A stretch of DNA of 64,000 nucleotides from Planctomycetota bacterium (GCA_965223845.1 CBDCXR010000004.1:3136001-3200000), one strand, 5' to 3'. Positions 27,434 through 38,030 are shown, counted from the first letter of the stretch. The notes: generated from the sequence alone by a model not told the origin. A program made the numbers and translations.

Positions 27434-29194
27434 TCACGGCGCGCGGAGCTGCACTGTGAACGTGCTCCCCGCGTCGAGTGCGCTCTCGAGCGAAACGCGC
27501 CCGCCGAATGAGAGCACGATGTGCTTTACGATCGCGAGTCCGAGCCCCGTCCCTCCGACCTCGCGAGACCGCGCCTTGTCCACGCGGTAAAACCGCTCGA
27601 AGACTCGCTCTTGGTCTTCCGGGCGGATTCCGATCCCGCTGTCGCGGACCTCGATCGTCACCCACGTTTCGTCTTCCTCGACCGAGACCACGACCCGCCC
27701 GCCGTTGGGGGTGTACTTGATCGCATTGTCGAGCAGGTTGTTCAGCACTTGGTGAAGTCCGTCGACGTCGCCGATCGCCTTGATCGCACGATCGAAGTGG
27801 TGCATTGCCACGGTCACTGACTTTTCGCTCGCGACCTCGACGAGCGAATGCACGACTTCCTCGACGACGCTCGTCACATCGATGGGCTCACTCTCCACGG
27901 CCGTTGGGACCGCCTCGATCCGGGCGAGGGTGAGAAGGTCCTTCACGAGCGCACCGAGTCGCTGGCACTGCGCCAAGATCTTTTCGAGAAACCGCCGCCG
28001 GATCTCAGGCTCCATCCCCTCGTCGTCGACGATCGTTTCCGTCATCGCGCGAATGGATGCGACTGGCGTTTGAAGCTCGTGCGACACGTTCGCGACGAAA
28101 TCTTGTCGAACCCGTTCGAGTCGGCGGACTCGGGACATGTCGTGAAGAACGAGAACCGCGCCGATCACGCGCGACTCGGCGTCTCGTATCGGTGCTGCGT
28201 TGACTTCGACGAAGAGGCCGCGCGCCAAGATCTCAAGCTCGACTCTACTCTCCCGGCCCTGCTGCACCGCGGACCCCGTCGCAGCGATCAATTCGCGGAT
28301 GTCGGTCACCTCCCAGACCCACTTCTGCGCGCCGCTGTCGCTCATCCCGAGGATGCTCCGCGCGGCTTCATTTGAGTGCACGACGCGCTCGTTGCGATCG
28401 ACGACGATGACCCCCTCGACCATGCTCGAGATCACGGTCATGAGACGGAGCCGCCCGAGCGCGCGAGTGCCCTCCTCATCCGCGAGTCGCGCGGCGATGC
28501 GCTGGATCGCGCCAAAGACTCTTCCAACGTCGCCGGACATCGGCGCGTGCGCGGGCCGGTCGAGCTCTCCACGAGCGAGTGCCTCGGTCGACTCCGCCAT
28601 TTCTGCGAGAAGTCGGCTCGATCTCCGGGCGAGAAGAAGGGCCACGGCGGCGCCGACGAGCGCGGCGACGACGGCGGCGAAGAGGAGTCGCGCATCCGTG
28701 GCCGAAAGGCGCGATTCCACGTCACGGAGGGGGACTGATGCACGCAGGAACCCGAGCGAACGTCCGTCGTTTTCGACGTGGAGAGCCACATTTACCATCG
28801 TCTGCTGAAGAACCGCGCTCGTGCGCGTCTCGCGGCCGACCCCGCGAGAGCGAGCTTGGTCGAGCTCACGCCGCACGATCCCTTCAGGCAGGCTCGCGAG
28901 ATCCGCCTCCGAGTCGGCGATCACCGTTTCGTCATCCGCGAATACCGTGATCCGGATTCCCAGCTCGTCGCCGAGGTCCCGGAGGGTCTCATGGAACTCC
29001 GGCTCCGGGGCGGATTCGAACGCGGCCATCGCCAGCTCGCGAATGGCGATGGCCTGCGCCTCGAGATCGTGAAGGGCGTCCTCTCGCATTCGCGACGCCA
29101 TCCACCCGCCGACGAGCGTCGCGAGTGCGCCCACGACACAGCCGATGACGAGGAGGTATTCGGCGAAAATCGTCCGGAAGCTTTTCGAGCGCAT
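27434..29194 (-). CDS. phoR: PhoR-like sensor histidine kinase (2 TM, HAMP, PAS, HisKA, HATPase_c)
   Basis: RRLERVRQDFVANVSHELQTP H-box, NLLDNAIKY, DSGIGI, RVFERFYRVDKARSREVGGTGLGLAIVKH; neighbours a Pi transporter and PhoD. Start is ATG 29194 or 29206. Confidence 0.8.
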   Translation of the reverse strand: MRSKSFRTIFAEYLLVIGCVVGALATLVGGWMASRMREDALHDLEAQAIAIRELAMAAFESAPEPEFHETLRDLGDELGIRITVFADDETVIADSEADLASLPEGIVRRELDQARSRGVGRETRTSAVLQQTMVNVALHVENDGRSLGFLRASVPLRDVESRLSATDARLLFAAVVAALVGAAVALLLARRSSRLLAEMAESTEALARGELDRPAHAPMSGDVGRVFGAIQRIAARLADEEGTRALGRLRLMTVISSMVEGVIVVDRNERVVHSNEAARSILGMSDSGAQKWVWEVTDIRELIAATGSAVQQGRESRVELEILARGLFVEVNAAPIRDAESRVIGAVLVLHDMSRVRRLERVRQDFVANVSHELQTPVASIRAMTETIVDDEGMEPEIRRRFLEKILAQCQRLGALVKDLLTLARIEAVPTAVESEPIDVTSVVEEVVHSLVEVASEKSVTVAMHHFDRAIKAIGDVDGLHQVLNNLLDNAIKYTPNGGRVVVSVEEDETWVTIEVRDSGIGIRPEDQERVFERFYRVDKARSREVGGTGLGLAIVKHIVLSFGGRVSLESALDAGSTFTVQLRAP

Positions 29195-29352
29195 CGTCCC
29201 TTCCATCGACAACTAGACGCGCCCGGCCGAACTCCGAGTGCGGAGAGGCCATTCTGTGCCGTGTCCGAAGTGTTGTCGAGCGCACGCGAGCAGATCGGGT
29301 ACGATCGAGGCGTCGATGGAAAGGGGCGAGAACCACCGTGCGGGCATGAAGA

Positions 29353-30537
29353 ATGCGTCAGGATTTCGTGAAGCCTTCGCTCTGTCTCCCGCTTGCGGGA
29401 TGGATTCTCGGCGGACTCCTCGGGACCGCGGTCGCGGGCGGAGACGGCCCGCCCGAGATCGTCGAGCGCCTCGATCGACACGATCTTCTGCTCTACCGCG
29501 CTCCCGACGGAAGACTCGCTCGCGCGGCCGAGCGCACGGGCTGGGAACGTCGTCGCGCCGAGATCGTCGCAGGAATGAGGGCCGTCATGGGCTCGCTCCC
29601 CGGCGACGAGCGACGTGTTCCGCTCGACGTACGCGTCGAGGAAGAGGTCGACCTCGGCACCTACATCCGGCGCCGCATCTCGTATCGATCCGAACCCGAC
29701 GCTCGGACGCCCGCGTATCTGTGCCTACCGAAGTCCGTCTTGGGCGGCGAGCAGCGCGCCCCCGCGGTACTCTGCCTCCACCCCACGGACAACAAGGTCG
29801 GACACCAAAACGTAGTTGGCATCGCCGGGCGACCGGGAAGACAGTACGCGGCCGAGCTCGCCGAGCGCGGCTACGTCACTCTTGCACCGTCGTATCCGCA
29901 TCTCGCGAAGTACTGGCCGAACCTCGGGAAGCTCGGCTATGAAAGCGGGACGATGAAGGCGATCTGGGACAACATCCGCGGACTCGACCTGCTCGAGACC
30001 CATCGGGGTGTCGACGCATCGCGAGGATTCGGCGTGATCGGACACTCGCTCGGCGGGCACAATGCGATCTTTACCGCAGTGTTCGACGCGCGAATCTCCG
30101 TCCTCGCGACGAGCTGCGGATTCGATAGCTTTCTCGACTACTACGACGGTCGCAAGGAGCTCTGGGAGTTCGGTCGCGGCTGGTGCCAAATCCGCTACAT
30201 GCCGAAGCTCTCGAATTACCGCGGGCGATTGTCCGAAATCCCGTTCGACTTTCCGGAGCTCCTCGGTGCGCTCGCTCCGCGTCCGGTGTTCGTCAGCGCG
30301 CCGCAGCGCGACTCGAACTTTCGGTGGCGAAGCGTCGAGCGATGCGTCTCGGCGGCGCGACCGGTTTACCGGCTGCTCGGAGCGGAGGGAGCGCTGCGCG
30401 CGACCTACCCGGACGTCGAGCACGATTTCCCGGAACCTCAACGACAAGCAGCCTACCGAGTCATCGACTCCGTTCTTCGGCGAGCTGAGTCGACGGGCGA
30501 CCCAATTCACTCGAACACGGAAGCAGCCCGCGACTGA
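29353..30537 (+). CDS. Secreted alpha/beta-fold hydrolase (esterase / dienelactone-hydrolase-like)
   Basis: PAYLCLP...PAVLCLH, nucleophile elbow GHSLGG, LAPRP, C-terminal HDFP; N-terminal hydrophobic signal. Confidence 0.85.
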   Translation: MRQDFVKPSLCLPLAGWILGGLLGTAVAGGDGPPEIVERLDRHDLLLYRAPDGRLARAAERTGWERRRAEIVAGMRAVMGSLPGDERRVPLDVRVEEEVDLGTYIRRRISYRSEPDARTPAYLCLPKSVLGGEQRAPAVLCLHPTDNKVGHQNVVGIAGRPGRQYAAELAERGYVTLAPSYPHLAKYWPNLGKLGYESGTMKAIWDNIRGLDLLETHRGVDASRGFGVIGHSLGGHNAIFTAVFDARISVLATSCGFDSFLDYYDGRKELWEFGRGWCQIRYMPKLSNYRGRLSEIPFDFPELLGALAPRPVFVSAPQRDSNFRWRSVERCVSAARPVYRLLGAEGALRATYPDVEHDFPEPQRQAAYRVIDSVLRRAESTGDPIHSNTEAARD

Positions 30538-30639
30538 CGCGTCCGCGCGATGTCCTCAATCGCACTGTACGTCATCGCCGAGGAGGACGATGGGCGCATG
30601 TCTCCATTTCCCCCTTCAAACGAGTAGAGAACCCCATCT

Positions 30640-31962
30640 ATGTGTCGCACTCCGCATCGCCCTCGGTCCGCGTTCGTCGTCGGCGCTCTCGCGTTGATGA
30701 TCGGCGCCAACTTACTCGCCCAGGAGAAGCAGCCGGAAGAGACAAAGAAGCCGGCCGATCCGAAAGCCCCCGACGAAAAGAAGGAACCACCTCCCCCGCA
30801 GTGGGCCGGACCGCTCGTCGGTCACGTCACGCCGACGACCGTGAGTCTCTGGATGTACGCCCCGGTCGAATCGGAGTGCGTCGTCGCGTTTCGCGAGGCG
30901 GACGCGCCCGGCGACGAACGGCGAGCATTCTTCGCGTTGATCCCTGACCCGGTCGTCGATGGACCCAGTCGTCCTCGGCGCGCCACGCTCACCGCGCTGT
31001 CACCGGAGACACGCTACGAGTTCCGTGTCCTCGTCGGCGGGAAATCGAGCCCCGAGTGGAACGGGGCCTTCGCCACCCCGCCCGAGCACCGTAAGCCGAG
31101 TCGCTTTCGCGTCGCCCTTACATCCTGCATGAAGGTCGGCCAGCCGCAGGCGTCGTGGTACCTCCTTCTCGCGCAGCAGCCCGATCTCCACCTGACGGTC
31201 GGAGACACGCACTATGCCGACACGACCGACGGCGCGATTCAGTGGAAGCATCATGTCGTCTACCGACGCGTCCCTCACTTTGCGACCGTGATCCGCCACG
31301 TCCCCACCCTCGCGATCTGGGACGATCACGACTACGGGCCGAACAACTCGGATGGAACGGCCAAGGGAAAGGAAGGATCGCTCCGCGCTTGGAACCAGTT
31401 TTGGGCGAACCCGGCCGCCGGCGCGGAAGGGATCCCCGGAGCGTTTTTCCGTTCCTCGTGGGGTGAAGTCGACTTCTTCGTCGTCGACGGGCGCTACCAC
31501 CGCTCGCCGGACGAAGCAAAGGACGACGAAAAGAAGACGATGCTCGGCGCGGCGCAGTTCGATTGGCTCGTCGACGGACTGAGGACCTCGCGCGCGAAAT
31601 TCAAGGTGATCGTCACCGGGAGCACGCTCCACCACAGCACGAACGACGGCTGGCGCATCTACACGCACGAGCGGCGGCGGCTCTTCGATACGATCCGTAC
31701 GGCGAAGATCTCTGGCGTGCTCTTCATGTCCGGGGACATCCATCGCTCGCTCGTGTGGGAGCACCACGAGTCGGCGCGCGTCGGGTATCCGTTCGTCGAG
31801 GTGATCTCGTCGGGCGTCGCGAACAGTAAGACGCTCAGCTTTGCGACGATCGACTTTGACACGACGCTCGCCGATCCCACTCTTCGCGTTCGGATCGTTC
31901 ACGGCGACGGGACGGTGCGGGACGATCGAACATGGAAACTTTCGGCGCTCGGGGGCTTCTGA
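30640..31962 (+). CDS. phoD: PhoD-family alkaline phosphatase / phosphodiesterase
   Basis: GDTHYAD, IWDDHDYGPNN, DGRYHR, MLGAAQFDWL, SGDIH; N-terminal FN3-like domain and signal peptide. Confidence 0.85.
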   Translation: MCRTPHRPRSAFVVGALALMIGANLLAQEKQPEETKKPADPKAPDEKKEPPPPQWAGPLVGHVTPTTVSLWMYAPVESECVVAFREADAPGDERRAFFALIPDPVVDGPSRPRRATLTALSPETRYEFRVLVGGKSSPEWNGAFATPPEHRKPSRFRVALTSCMKVGQPQASWYLLLAQQPDLHLTVGDTHYADTTDGAIQWKHHVVYRRVPHFATVIRHVPTLAIWDDHDYGPNNSDGTAKGKEGSLRAWNQFWANPAAGAEGIPGAFFRSSWGEVDFFVVDGRYHRSPDEAKDDEKKTMLGAAQFDWLVDGLRTSRAKFKVIVTGSTLHHSTNDGWRIYTHERRRLFDTIRTAKISGVLFMSGDIHRSLVWEHHESARVGYPFVEVISSGVANSKTLSFATIDFDTTLADPTLRVRIVHGDGTVRDDRTWKLSALGGF

Positions 31963-31964
31963 AC

Positions 31965-32170
31965 GGAGTGTTCACACGAAGAGCGCGAAGGACCGCGAAG
32001 GAAGACGAAGAGAAGAGGAAAAGTAAAGAGAACCACCAGCGAGAGCGATAGGTGAAGCCTCTTTCAGATCGTGACTCGTTCAGGTGTTTCAGGTTGCCGA
32101 TCTCGCTCTATCTAAAACCATCTCTCCTCCGTCTTCCTTCGCGGACCTTCGCGCTCTTCGTGTAAACTCC
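31965..32170. repeat. Paired ~47-bp inverted-repeat element (REP/MITE-like) between convergent genes
   Basis: Left arm GTTCACACGAAGAGCGCGAAGGACCGCGAAGGAAGACG from 31970; reverse complement of the right arm (ending 32167) GTTTACACGAAGAGCGCGAAGGTCCGCGAAGGAAGACG. Confidence 0.85.
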
Positions 32171-32173
32171 CCC

Positions 32174-33667
32174 TCACCGCCGATTCGACTCGGGGATCTC
32201 GTTCACCGTGTAGTACGCGTTTGCGTGAACGAGCCGTGAGCCGTCCGCCGCACGTAGTTCCGGGAGGTCGAATTCGTAGACGTGCCCCTCGCTCAGCGCA
32301 TCGAGGCGGAGGATCACCGTTCTTCCGTCCGGGGACACCGTCGCCGCGATCACCTCCGCGGTGCCTCGATCGACCTCGGGGCTCCCGTAAAACTTGTGAT
32401 AGATGTGTGTGAAGTGGCTCAGCCGATACGCGTCCGTCCGTAGCGCTCCCTCTCGCGCTACCGGCTTGGTGAACCGCAGCGTGAATCCGTCCGGTCGGAT
32501 CGTGATGCGCTCGATGTCGAACGGCGTCTTGCCGGTCCATTCGAGGCGCTCGAGCGCGTACTCGCGACTTCCCCGCACGGGCCATCCACGGTTCGTTCCG
32601 CCCGTGACGAGGTAGCCTTTCGGGGAAAACTGAACGGCGAGGATTCCGGTGCTGAGGCCTTCACGGAAGGGGTAGCACGCTCCCTGCCACACACCGTTCA
32701 CCTTCTCCGTCGTCGCGCGCATCACACAGCTCAAGCTGTAGTCGCCGACGAAAATCTGACCCGCGAACGGGCCGAACTTTCCGCCCGTCGTGTCGACCCG
32801 GAATCCGGAGATCGACTGTCCCATCTTGCGATAGGGGAAGATGACTGCGTACGGAACGAGCTCTTTGACGCGCTTCTTTTCGATGTGAATCCGCGAGCCG
32901 CTCTTCGGCTCGGGCGGCCGTGGCCCCATGTTCGGGGCGAGGTCGTACGCCGGAAAACTGATCGGATGCCCCATGAATCCGCCGGGTTTCAATTGCTTCA
33001 GCGAACAGGAGCCGTTCCACGGCCCTTGGCTCTCCGTGTAGAACATCACGCCGTGCTCGTTCGGTCCGACGCCGCCGGCGCTCCGGATTCCGCTCGCGAT
33101 CGGGATCGTCTCCCCCGCCGCCGTCACCTTGAGACACCAGCCGCGAAACGGAGCCTTGTAGTTGTAGGATTCGGAAAGACCGAGCACGACCCAGACATCG
33201 CCGTTTCCGTCCGGCCGCGAGCCCCACGAGAACTCGTGATAGTAGTCGAAGCCCCAGTCGTCGCTGAGTGTCTCGAAGAGGTCCGCGCGCCCGTCCCCGT
33301 CGCGATCGGTGATGCGCGTCACCTCCGTTTGCTGCGTGACGTAGAGCGAGCCATCTCGGTACCCGACTCCGAATACCTCGTCGAGTCCGCTCGCGAAGCG
33401 ATGAAAACGAGGCTCGGGCCGCTCATCGAACGCGCCGCTCACGAAGAAGAGATCGCCGCGTCGAGTTCCGATCACCAGCCGGCCGTCCGGCAGACGCTCT
33501 AAGCTTCCGGATTCGATCGCGAGCTCCGCCGGAAGCGGGAGATCGACGATGCGGTAGAACTCGGCCTCCGCTTCGGCCGTGCCCCACATTCCCCCGAGCG
33601 GCTGCGCAGGGAGCGTCGTCGCCGCGATCGACGAGAGGAGTGCCGCTACGAACCAACAACGCATCAT
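32174..33667 (-). CDS. Secreted beta-propeller protein (glucose/sorbosone-dehydrogenase-like, planctomycete type)
   Basis: Signal peptide; LPDGRLVIGTRRGDL, DRDGDGRADLFE, IASGIRS, GKFGPFAGQIFVGD. Overlaps the cytochrome stop (ATGA), suggesting translational coupling. Confidence 0.75.
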   Translation of the reverse strand: MMRCWFVAALLSSIAATTLPAQPLGGMWGTAEAEAEFYRIVDLPLPAELAIESGSLERLPDGRLVIGTRRGDLFFVSGAFDERPEPRFHRFASGLDEVFGVGYRDGSLYVTQQTEVTRITDRDGDGRADLFETLSDDWGFDYYHEFSWGSRPDGNGDVWVVLGLSESYNYKAPFRGWCLKVTAAGETIPIASGIRSAGGVGPNEHGVMFYTESQGPWNGSCSLKQLKPGGFMGHPISFPAYDLAPNMGPRPPEPKSGSRIHIEKKRVKELVPYAVIFPYRKMGQSISGFRVDTTGGKFGPFAGQIFVGDYSLSCVMRATTEKVNGVWQGACYPFREGLSTGILAVQFSPKGYLVTGGTNRGWPVRGSREYALERLEWTGKTPFDIERITIRPDGFTLRFTKPVAREGALRTDAYRLSHFTHIYHKFYGSPEVDRGTAEVIAATVSPDGRTVILRLDALSEGHVYEFDLPELRAADGSRLVHANAYYTVNEIPESNRR

Positions 33668-36411
33668 CGTTCGGCCTCCAGCCAGACGTAGTCGAGGACG
33701 AGAGTCGCCGAACCCGCACGGATCTCGATCGGGACGATCGCCTCGGCGCCACGAGACGATGATCGGACGAGGATCGACACGAGCTCCGGAGAGTCCGCGC
33801 CGGAGCCTTGTTTCGCGACCACACCGAGGATGCCGTCGATCTCGATCGTCCCGTCGTCTCGCCGGACGATTTTCTCGTGAACAGCGAGGCGGAAGTGGAC
33901 CGTCCGCTCTTCCTCCCCGTACAGCGACAACGTGCGCCGGAGAAACGCGCGCCCTCCGGGTCCGTCGGCGATATCGACGGTCGAGTCGGAAATCGAGATG
34001 GTGCCGAATCGATAGAGAAAGCTAGGCCGCTGCCTCGCGCCGAGCTCGTATCCGCGAAACCGAATGTTACGTTCGCGGCTCGTCCCGCTCGGCCACGGGT
34101 CGTTTTCGTCGGCGAGCTCGGCCCACGCCGAGCCGCGCCCGAGCTCGACGCGATCGCGCGAGAGAACGCGTGCAGAACCGCTCCCCTGGCCGCGCCAGAC
34201 GCCGCTGGGATCGACGAACTTCCCGCGCCAAACTTGCTGCACGCTCGGACTCTCGGCGTCAAAGATCAAGTTGAGTCCAAGCGGATACCCGACGCTGATC
34301 GCACGCTTCCCGGCCCCTTGCGCCTTTCGGCGCAGCATCACCGCTTCGTCGCCGACGACGATCTCCATGGGCGGCCGACGAAGCCCACGCGGCGCGCGAG
34401 TGTTTCGTCCCTCGGCGAGGTACTCCCACATCGCGTGCAGCTGACGCTTCGGATCGCCGTCCGCGATGTCCGGAAACACCGACTCCCCCCCCGCGAAATA
34501 CTGCGGCATGATCGTGATCGAACGGAATCGCGGCGGGTCTAGCATGTAGTGGTAGAACCAATCTTTCCGAAGGCGCTGCGTCGTCGTTTCGACGAGATCG
34601 ATCGCGGCCATCGAGCCGCTCTGGATTCCGCGGAAGGTGTGACACGTGATGCAGCTCATCGCCTGCTCGCCGACAAGCTTGTGTCCGATGTCGGTGATGG
34701 CTCGCGCGCGCTTGCGATCCTTCGGTAGCGGCTCGAACTCGACCGCGGGCACGCGATCGAGCTCGGCGAAGAGATCCGCCAGCCCGTGAGTGTTCTCGGC
34801 CCCGAACGCAGGCATCCGCGTTCTCACGTAGGGGCGGAGCGTCTGACCGTGAGCGATCGTCTTGCGCAGCCACTCCTTTTCGAGCTTCGCGCCGACTCCC
34901 GTGAGCGGCGGCGGAACGCGGCCCGTCTCGCCGAGGTTCTCGTCTTCACTCGTGAAGAAATCGTTCCGTTCGGGCGAGATCCCGCCCCACTCGCCGCGCT
35001 CGTGGCACGCGATGCAGTTGAAGATCGCGAGCGTCGTTCGAGCCCGCTCTTCCGCGCTCGGTGGCGGAGATGTCCCCGCTAGGGCCGCGCGGAGATCGCC
35101 CACCTGCCGTTCGCTCAATGCGTAATCGGGCCAGCGCCCGAACTCTTGCGAGAGACATCCGCGCCCCGGGTCGAGCTCCGCGAGCGAACGTTCGTTCGGG
35201 CGCGCGTCGCCGAGCGCGTGGCACCGAGCACAACCGAGATCGCGATAGAGCGCGCCACCCGCTTTCGCCTTTGCGGAATCGACGACGAAGGGGACGGGCG
35301 ACGGCGCGAGTGTCGCCTCCGACCGCAGCATGGTCGCGGGGATCGGTCCTCGCTCGAGCCCCGGACCCGCGGCGCTCAGAGCGAGCCGCGGTGCGCCGCG
35401 GCGATGGAGAAAGAGAAGCTCCACCGGGTGAAGCCCCGCAGCGAGCTCAATCGTTGCCGAGCTCCTGCCGCCGCCTTCGACCTCGGCGACACGAGTCGAA
35501 TCGATCACGAAACGCGCGACCGCGCTACTCTCGAGCACGAACTCGTACTCCCCGTCGCGCTCGAGCTGAACGAAGCCATCGAATCGAACCGCGAAGTCAT
35601 CGCGATACGTCGAAAACTCAGCGAGGTCAAACCCTTGGGCGACTCCGGCCCGCGCTTCTCGGCCCTCGAGCGCGTCCAGGCCACCTTCGACGCCGAAGTA
35701 AAGCGTGTAGGCGAGGGGCGCGACCACACGCGACCGCGCGGTCAGATAGTGCGCGATGTCGTAGGCTTCGTTCGGTGTCAATCCTAGGTCGGGCATTCGG
35801 CTCGCGGGACGCGCGCGACGCGGCTCGGCAAGAAACGCCGTGAGGGTCGCCGGAGTGTACTTTTCTTCGAGTCGCCCGAGCGGCGCCGAGTCGGGAATAG
35901 AAACCTCCTCGCCGTCCTCGCTACGCGGATCGTGGCACGCGACGCAGCCGACAGAATGATAGAGAGCTCGCCCTCGCTCCGCGGCTACGTGATCGGGTGC
36001 GCCGGGACTCACCGGTGCCGGCACGAGCGACACGAGATAATGCGTGAGCGCCTCGGCGATCCGATCGCGTTCTTCCGGTGTCGACGCGCCCGGAGTTCCT
36101 TCTCCGAGCACGTTCGGCATCGTCGTCCCCGGCTTCGTCCGCTGCGGATTCGCGATGTACCCGCGAAGGTACTCGGGACGGAGCCGCGCTCCTACCGACG
36201 CGAGATCGAGGGCCTTCTTCCTCGGGGGAAACACGCCGCGCGGCCCCGGCGGATGACAGGACGTACAGCGGAGCTCTCCGAGGAGAACTGTCCCGCGGAG
36301 GCGTTCGTTGAGACCATCGCGCTCGAGTGCGGGGATGATCGGGTGGTCGGGAGCGGCAGTGAGAATACGAGTAGCGAGCAGGGTCGCAGCGAGGAAAAGA
36401 AGTCGGTGCAT
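33664..36411 (-). CDS. Periplasmic multiheme c-type cytochrome with PA14 domain (5 CxxCH)
   Basis: CTSCH, CVACH, CARCH, CIACH, CITCH; MP motifs (TTMP, SRMP, TRMP, TIMP) typical of distal Met ligands; PA14 DDFAVRFDGFVQLERDGEYEF. Start revised to ATG 36411, before the signal peptide MHRLLFLAATLLA. Confidence 0.85.
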   Translation of the reverse strand: MHRLLFLAATLLATRILTAAPDHPIIPALERDGLNERLRGTVLLGELRCTSCHPPGPRGVFPPRKKALDLASVGARLRPEYLRGYIANPQRTKPGTTMPNVLGEGTPGASTPEERDRIAEALTHYLVSLVPAPVSPGAPDHVAAERGRALYHSVGCVACHDPRSEDGEEVSIPDSAPLGRLEEKYTPATLTAFLAEPRRARPASRMPDLGLTPNEAYDIAHYLTARSRVVAPLAYTLYFGVEGGLDALEGREARAGVAQGFDLAEFSTYRDDFAVRFDGFVQLERDGEYEFVLESSAVARFVIDSTRVAEVEGGGRSSATIELAAGLHPVELLFLHRRGAPRLALSAAGPGLERGPIPATMLRSEATLAPSPVPFVVDSAKAKAGGALYRDLGCARCHALGDARPNERSLAELDPGRGCLSQEFGRWPDYALSERQVGDLRAALAGTSPPPSAEERARTTLAIFNCIACHERGEWGGISPERNDFFTSEDENLGETGRVPPPLTGVGAKLEKEWLRKTIAHGQTLRPYVRTRMPAFGAENTHGLADLFAELDRVPAVEFEPLPKDRKRARAITDIGHKLVGEQAMSCITCHTFRGIQSGSMAAIDLVETTTQRLRKDWFYHYMLDPPRFRSITIMPQYFAGGESVFPDIADGDPKRQLHAMWEYLAEGRNTRAPRGLRRPPMEIVVGDEAVMLRRKAQGAGKRAISVGYPLGLNLIFDAESPSVQQVWRGKFVDPSGVWRGQGSGSARVLSRDRVELGRGSAWAELADENDPWPSGTSRERNIRFRGYELGARQRPSFLYRFGTISISDSTVDIADGPGGRAFLRRTLSLYGEEERTVHFRLAVHEKIVRRDDGTIEIDGILGVVAKQGSGADSPELVSILVRSSSRGAEAIVPIEIRAGSATLVLDYVWLEAER

Positions 36412-36698
36412 GAAGAGTTGGCGCAGTGACGGTCTCGTAGTTGCGGGATCTAAGTCTCCCCACATGGTGTCCCAACCGACTCGGGTGAACACGAAAAAAT
36501 GCCTGATCCACGATGGCGGAACTCCGCCTCCCGGCAGACGCGAGCTTGTGGTTTCTGCCCGTCGGCGTACGATGCCCGTCGTCGGTCGCCGAGGAGGTGT
36601 GTTCTCGAATCCCCTCGCCGGCCCGGCGATTCCCCGCCGGATTCATCTGGGCGGGTTCGCCTTCGGCACGATTCCACCTGTTCTCGACGGAGCACGCC

Positions 36699-38030
36699 AT
36701 GAACCGCCGCCAGTTCCTGAAGTCCGCAGCCGCTGCCGGAGCCGGTCTCACCATCCTTCCGAGCGGCGTTCTCTCCGGCGCGAACGCCCCGAGCAACAAG
36801 CTAAACGTCGCATTGATCGGCGTCTGGGGCCGTGGACGCGCGCACCGGCGAGCGATCTCGGGCGAAAACGTCGTCGCGCTCTGCGACATCAACGAGAAGC
36901 ATCTCGGTGACGCGAAAGAACACTTTCCGGGCGCGAAAACGTACGTCGATTGGCGGAAGTGTCTCGAGCAGAAAGACCTCGACGCGGTCGTTTGCTGCAC
37001 CACCGATCACACGCACGCGTTCGTCGCGAACTGGGCGATGCTCCGCGGCCTCCACGTCTACTGCGAAAAGCCGCTCGCGAACACCGTCGAGGAAGCACGC
37101 GTCGTCCGCGCGACCTACCTGAAGAACAGGAAGAAGCTCGCAACTCAGGTCGGCACGCAGCGGCACGCGCACGTCAACTTCAATCGCGTACGCGAACTCG
37201 TCCGCGACGGAGCGATCGGAGAGCTGAAGCGCGTGAGTGCGTGGGGAAACCGGAAGCTCCCGAAACCCGGCTACCTCCCGGCGATTTCCGGGAAGCCGCC
37301 GAAGCACCTCCACTACGACCTCTGGCTCGGGCCGGCGCCGTTCCATCCCTACAACCCGGGGTACTTCTCGGGCGGGCCCGGGGCGAATTGCCTCAACTGG
37401 AACATGTACTGGGACTTCGGGACCGGCCAAGTCGGAGACATGGGTAGTCACACCATGGATCTCGCGTGGAACGCGATCGATGCGCATCTCCCGACGTCGG
37501 CTGAGGCGACCGGAGACGAGTTCAATCCGGACGTCACTCCGGTGAAGCTCGAGGCGCACTTCGACCATCCCGCAAACGACTGGCGACCCGCGATTCGCGT
37601 GAGCTGGTACCAGGGCGGCGCCATGCCGAAGTCGCCGCGGAAGTACGTCGACCTGAATCGCATCGGGCACGGAGCTCTCTTCGAAGGATCGAGGGGCGCG
37701 CTCGTCGCGGACTTCCACTCGCGCATCCTGCTTCCGTCCGGAGACGACGCCGACATGCGCTACTACAAGAAGCGCCCCGACGACGAGCTCCTCGAGCCGA
37801 TCGGACCGTTCATGAAGGAATGGATCGACGCGGCCAAGGGCGACCTCCAGACGTCGTGCAACTTCGACTACGGCGGCGAGATGATCGAGCAGCTTCTCCT
37901 CGGTCTCGTCGCGTACCGAGTGGGCTCGAAGATCCAGTACGACGGCGAAAGCGGGCGTGTGACGAACAGCAGCGAAGGAAACGCTCTCCTCGCGCGCGAG
38001 TACCGAGAAGGCTGGAGTCTCGTCGGCTGA
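36699..38030 (+). CDS. Tat-exported Gfo/Idh/MocA family oxidoreductase
   Basis: Twin-arginine signal MNRRQFLK after a GGAG RBS; IGVWGRG, TTDHTH, VYCEKP, QVGTQ, GDMGSH. Confidence 0.92.
   Translation: MNRRQFLKSAAAAGAGLTILPSGVLSGANAPSNKLNVALIGVWGRGRAHRRAISGENVVALCDINEKHLGDAKEHFPGAKTYVDWRKCLEQKDLDAVVCCTTDHTHAFVANWAMLRGLHVYCEKPLANTVEEARVVRATYLKNRKKLATQVGTQRHAHVNFNRVRELVRDGAIGELKRVSAWGNRKLPKPGYLPAISGKPPKHLHYDLWLGPAPFHPYNPGYFSGGPGANCLNWNMYWDFGTGQVGDMGSHTMDLAWNAIDAHLPTSAEATGDEFNPDVTPVKLEAHFDHPANDWRPAIRVSWYQGGAMPKSPRKYVDLNRIGHGALFEGSRGALVADFHSRILLPSGDDADMRYYKKRPDDELLEPIGPFMKEWIDAAKGDLQTSCNFDYGGEMIEQLLLGLVAYRVGSKIQYDGESGRVTNSSEGNALLAREYREGWSLVG

Noticed and set aside
36412-36698. Intergenic region examined for a riboswitch or ncRNA
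   Set aside because: Only short GC-rich pairings and no recognisable conserved motif; an Rfam scan would be needed.
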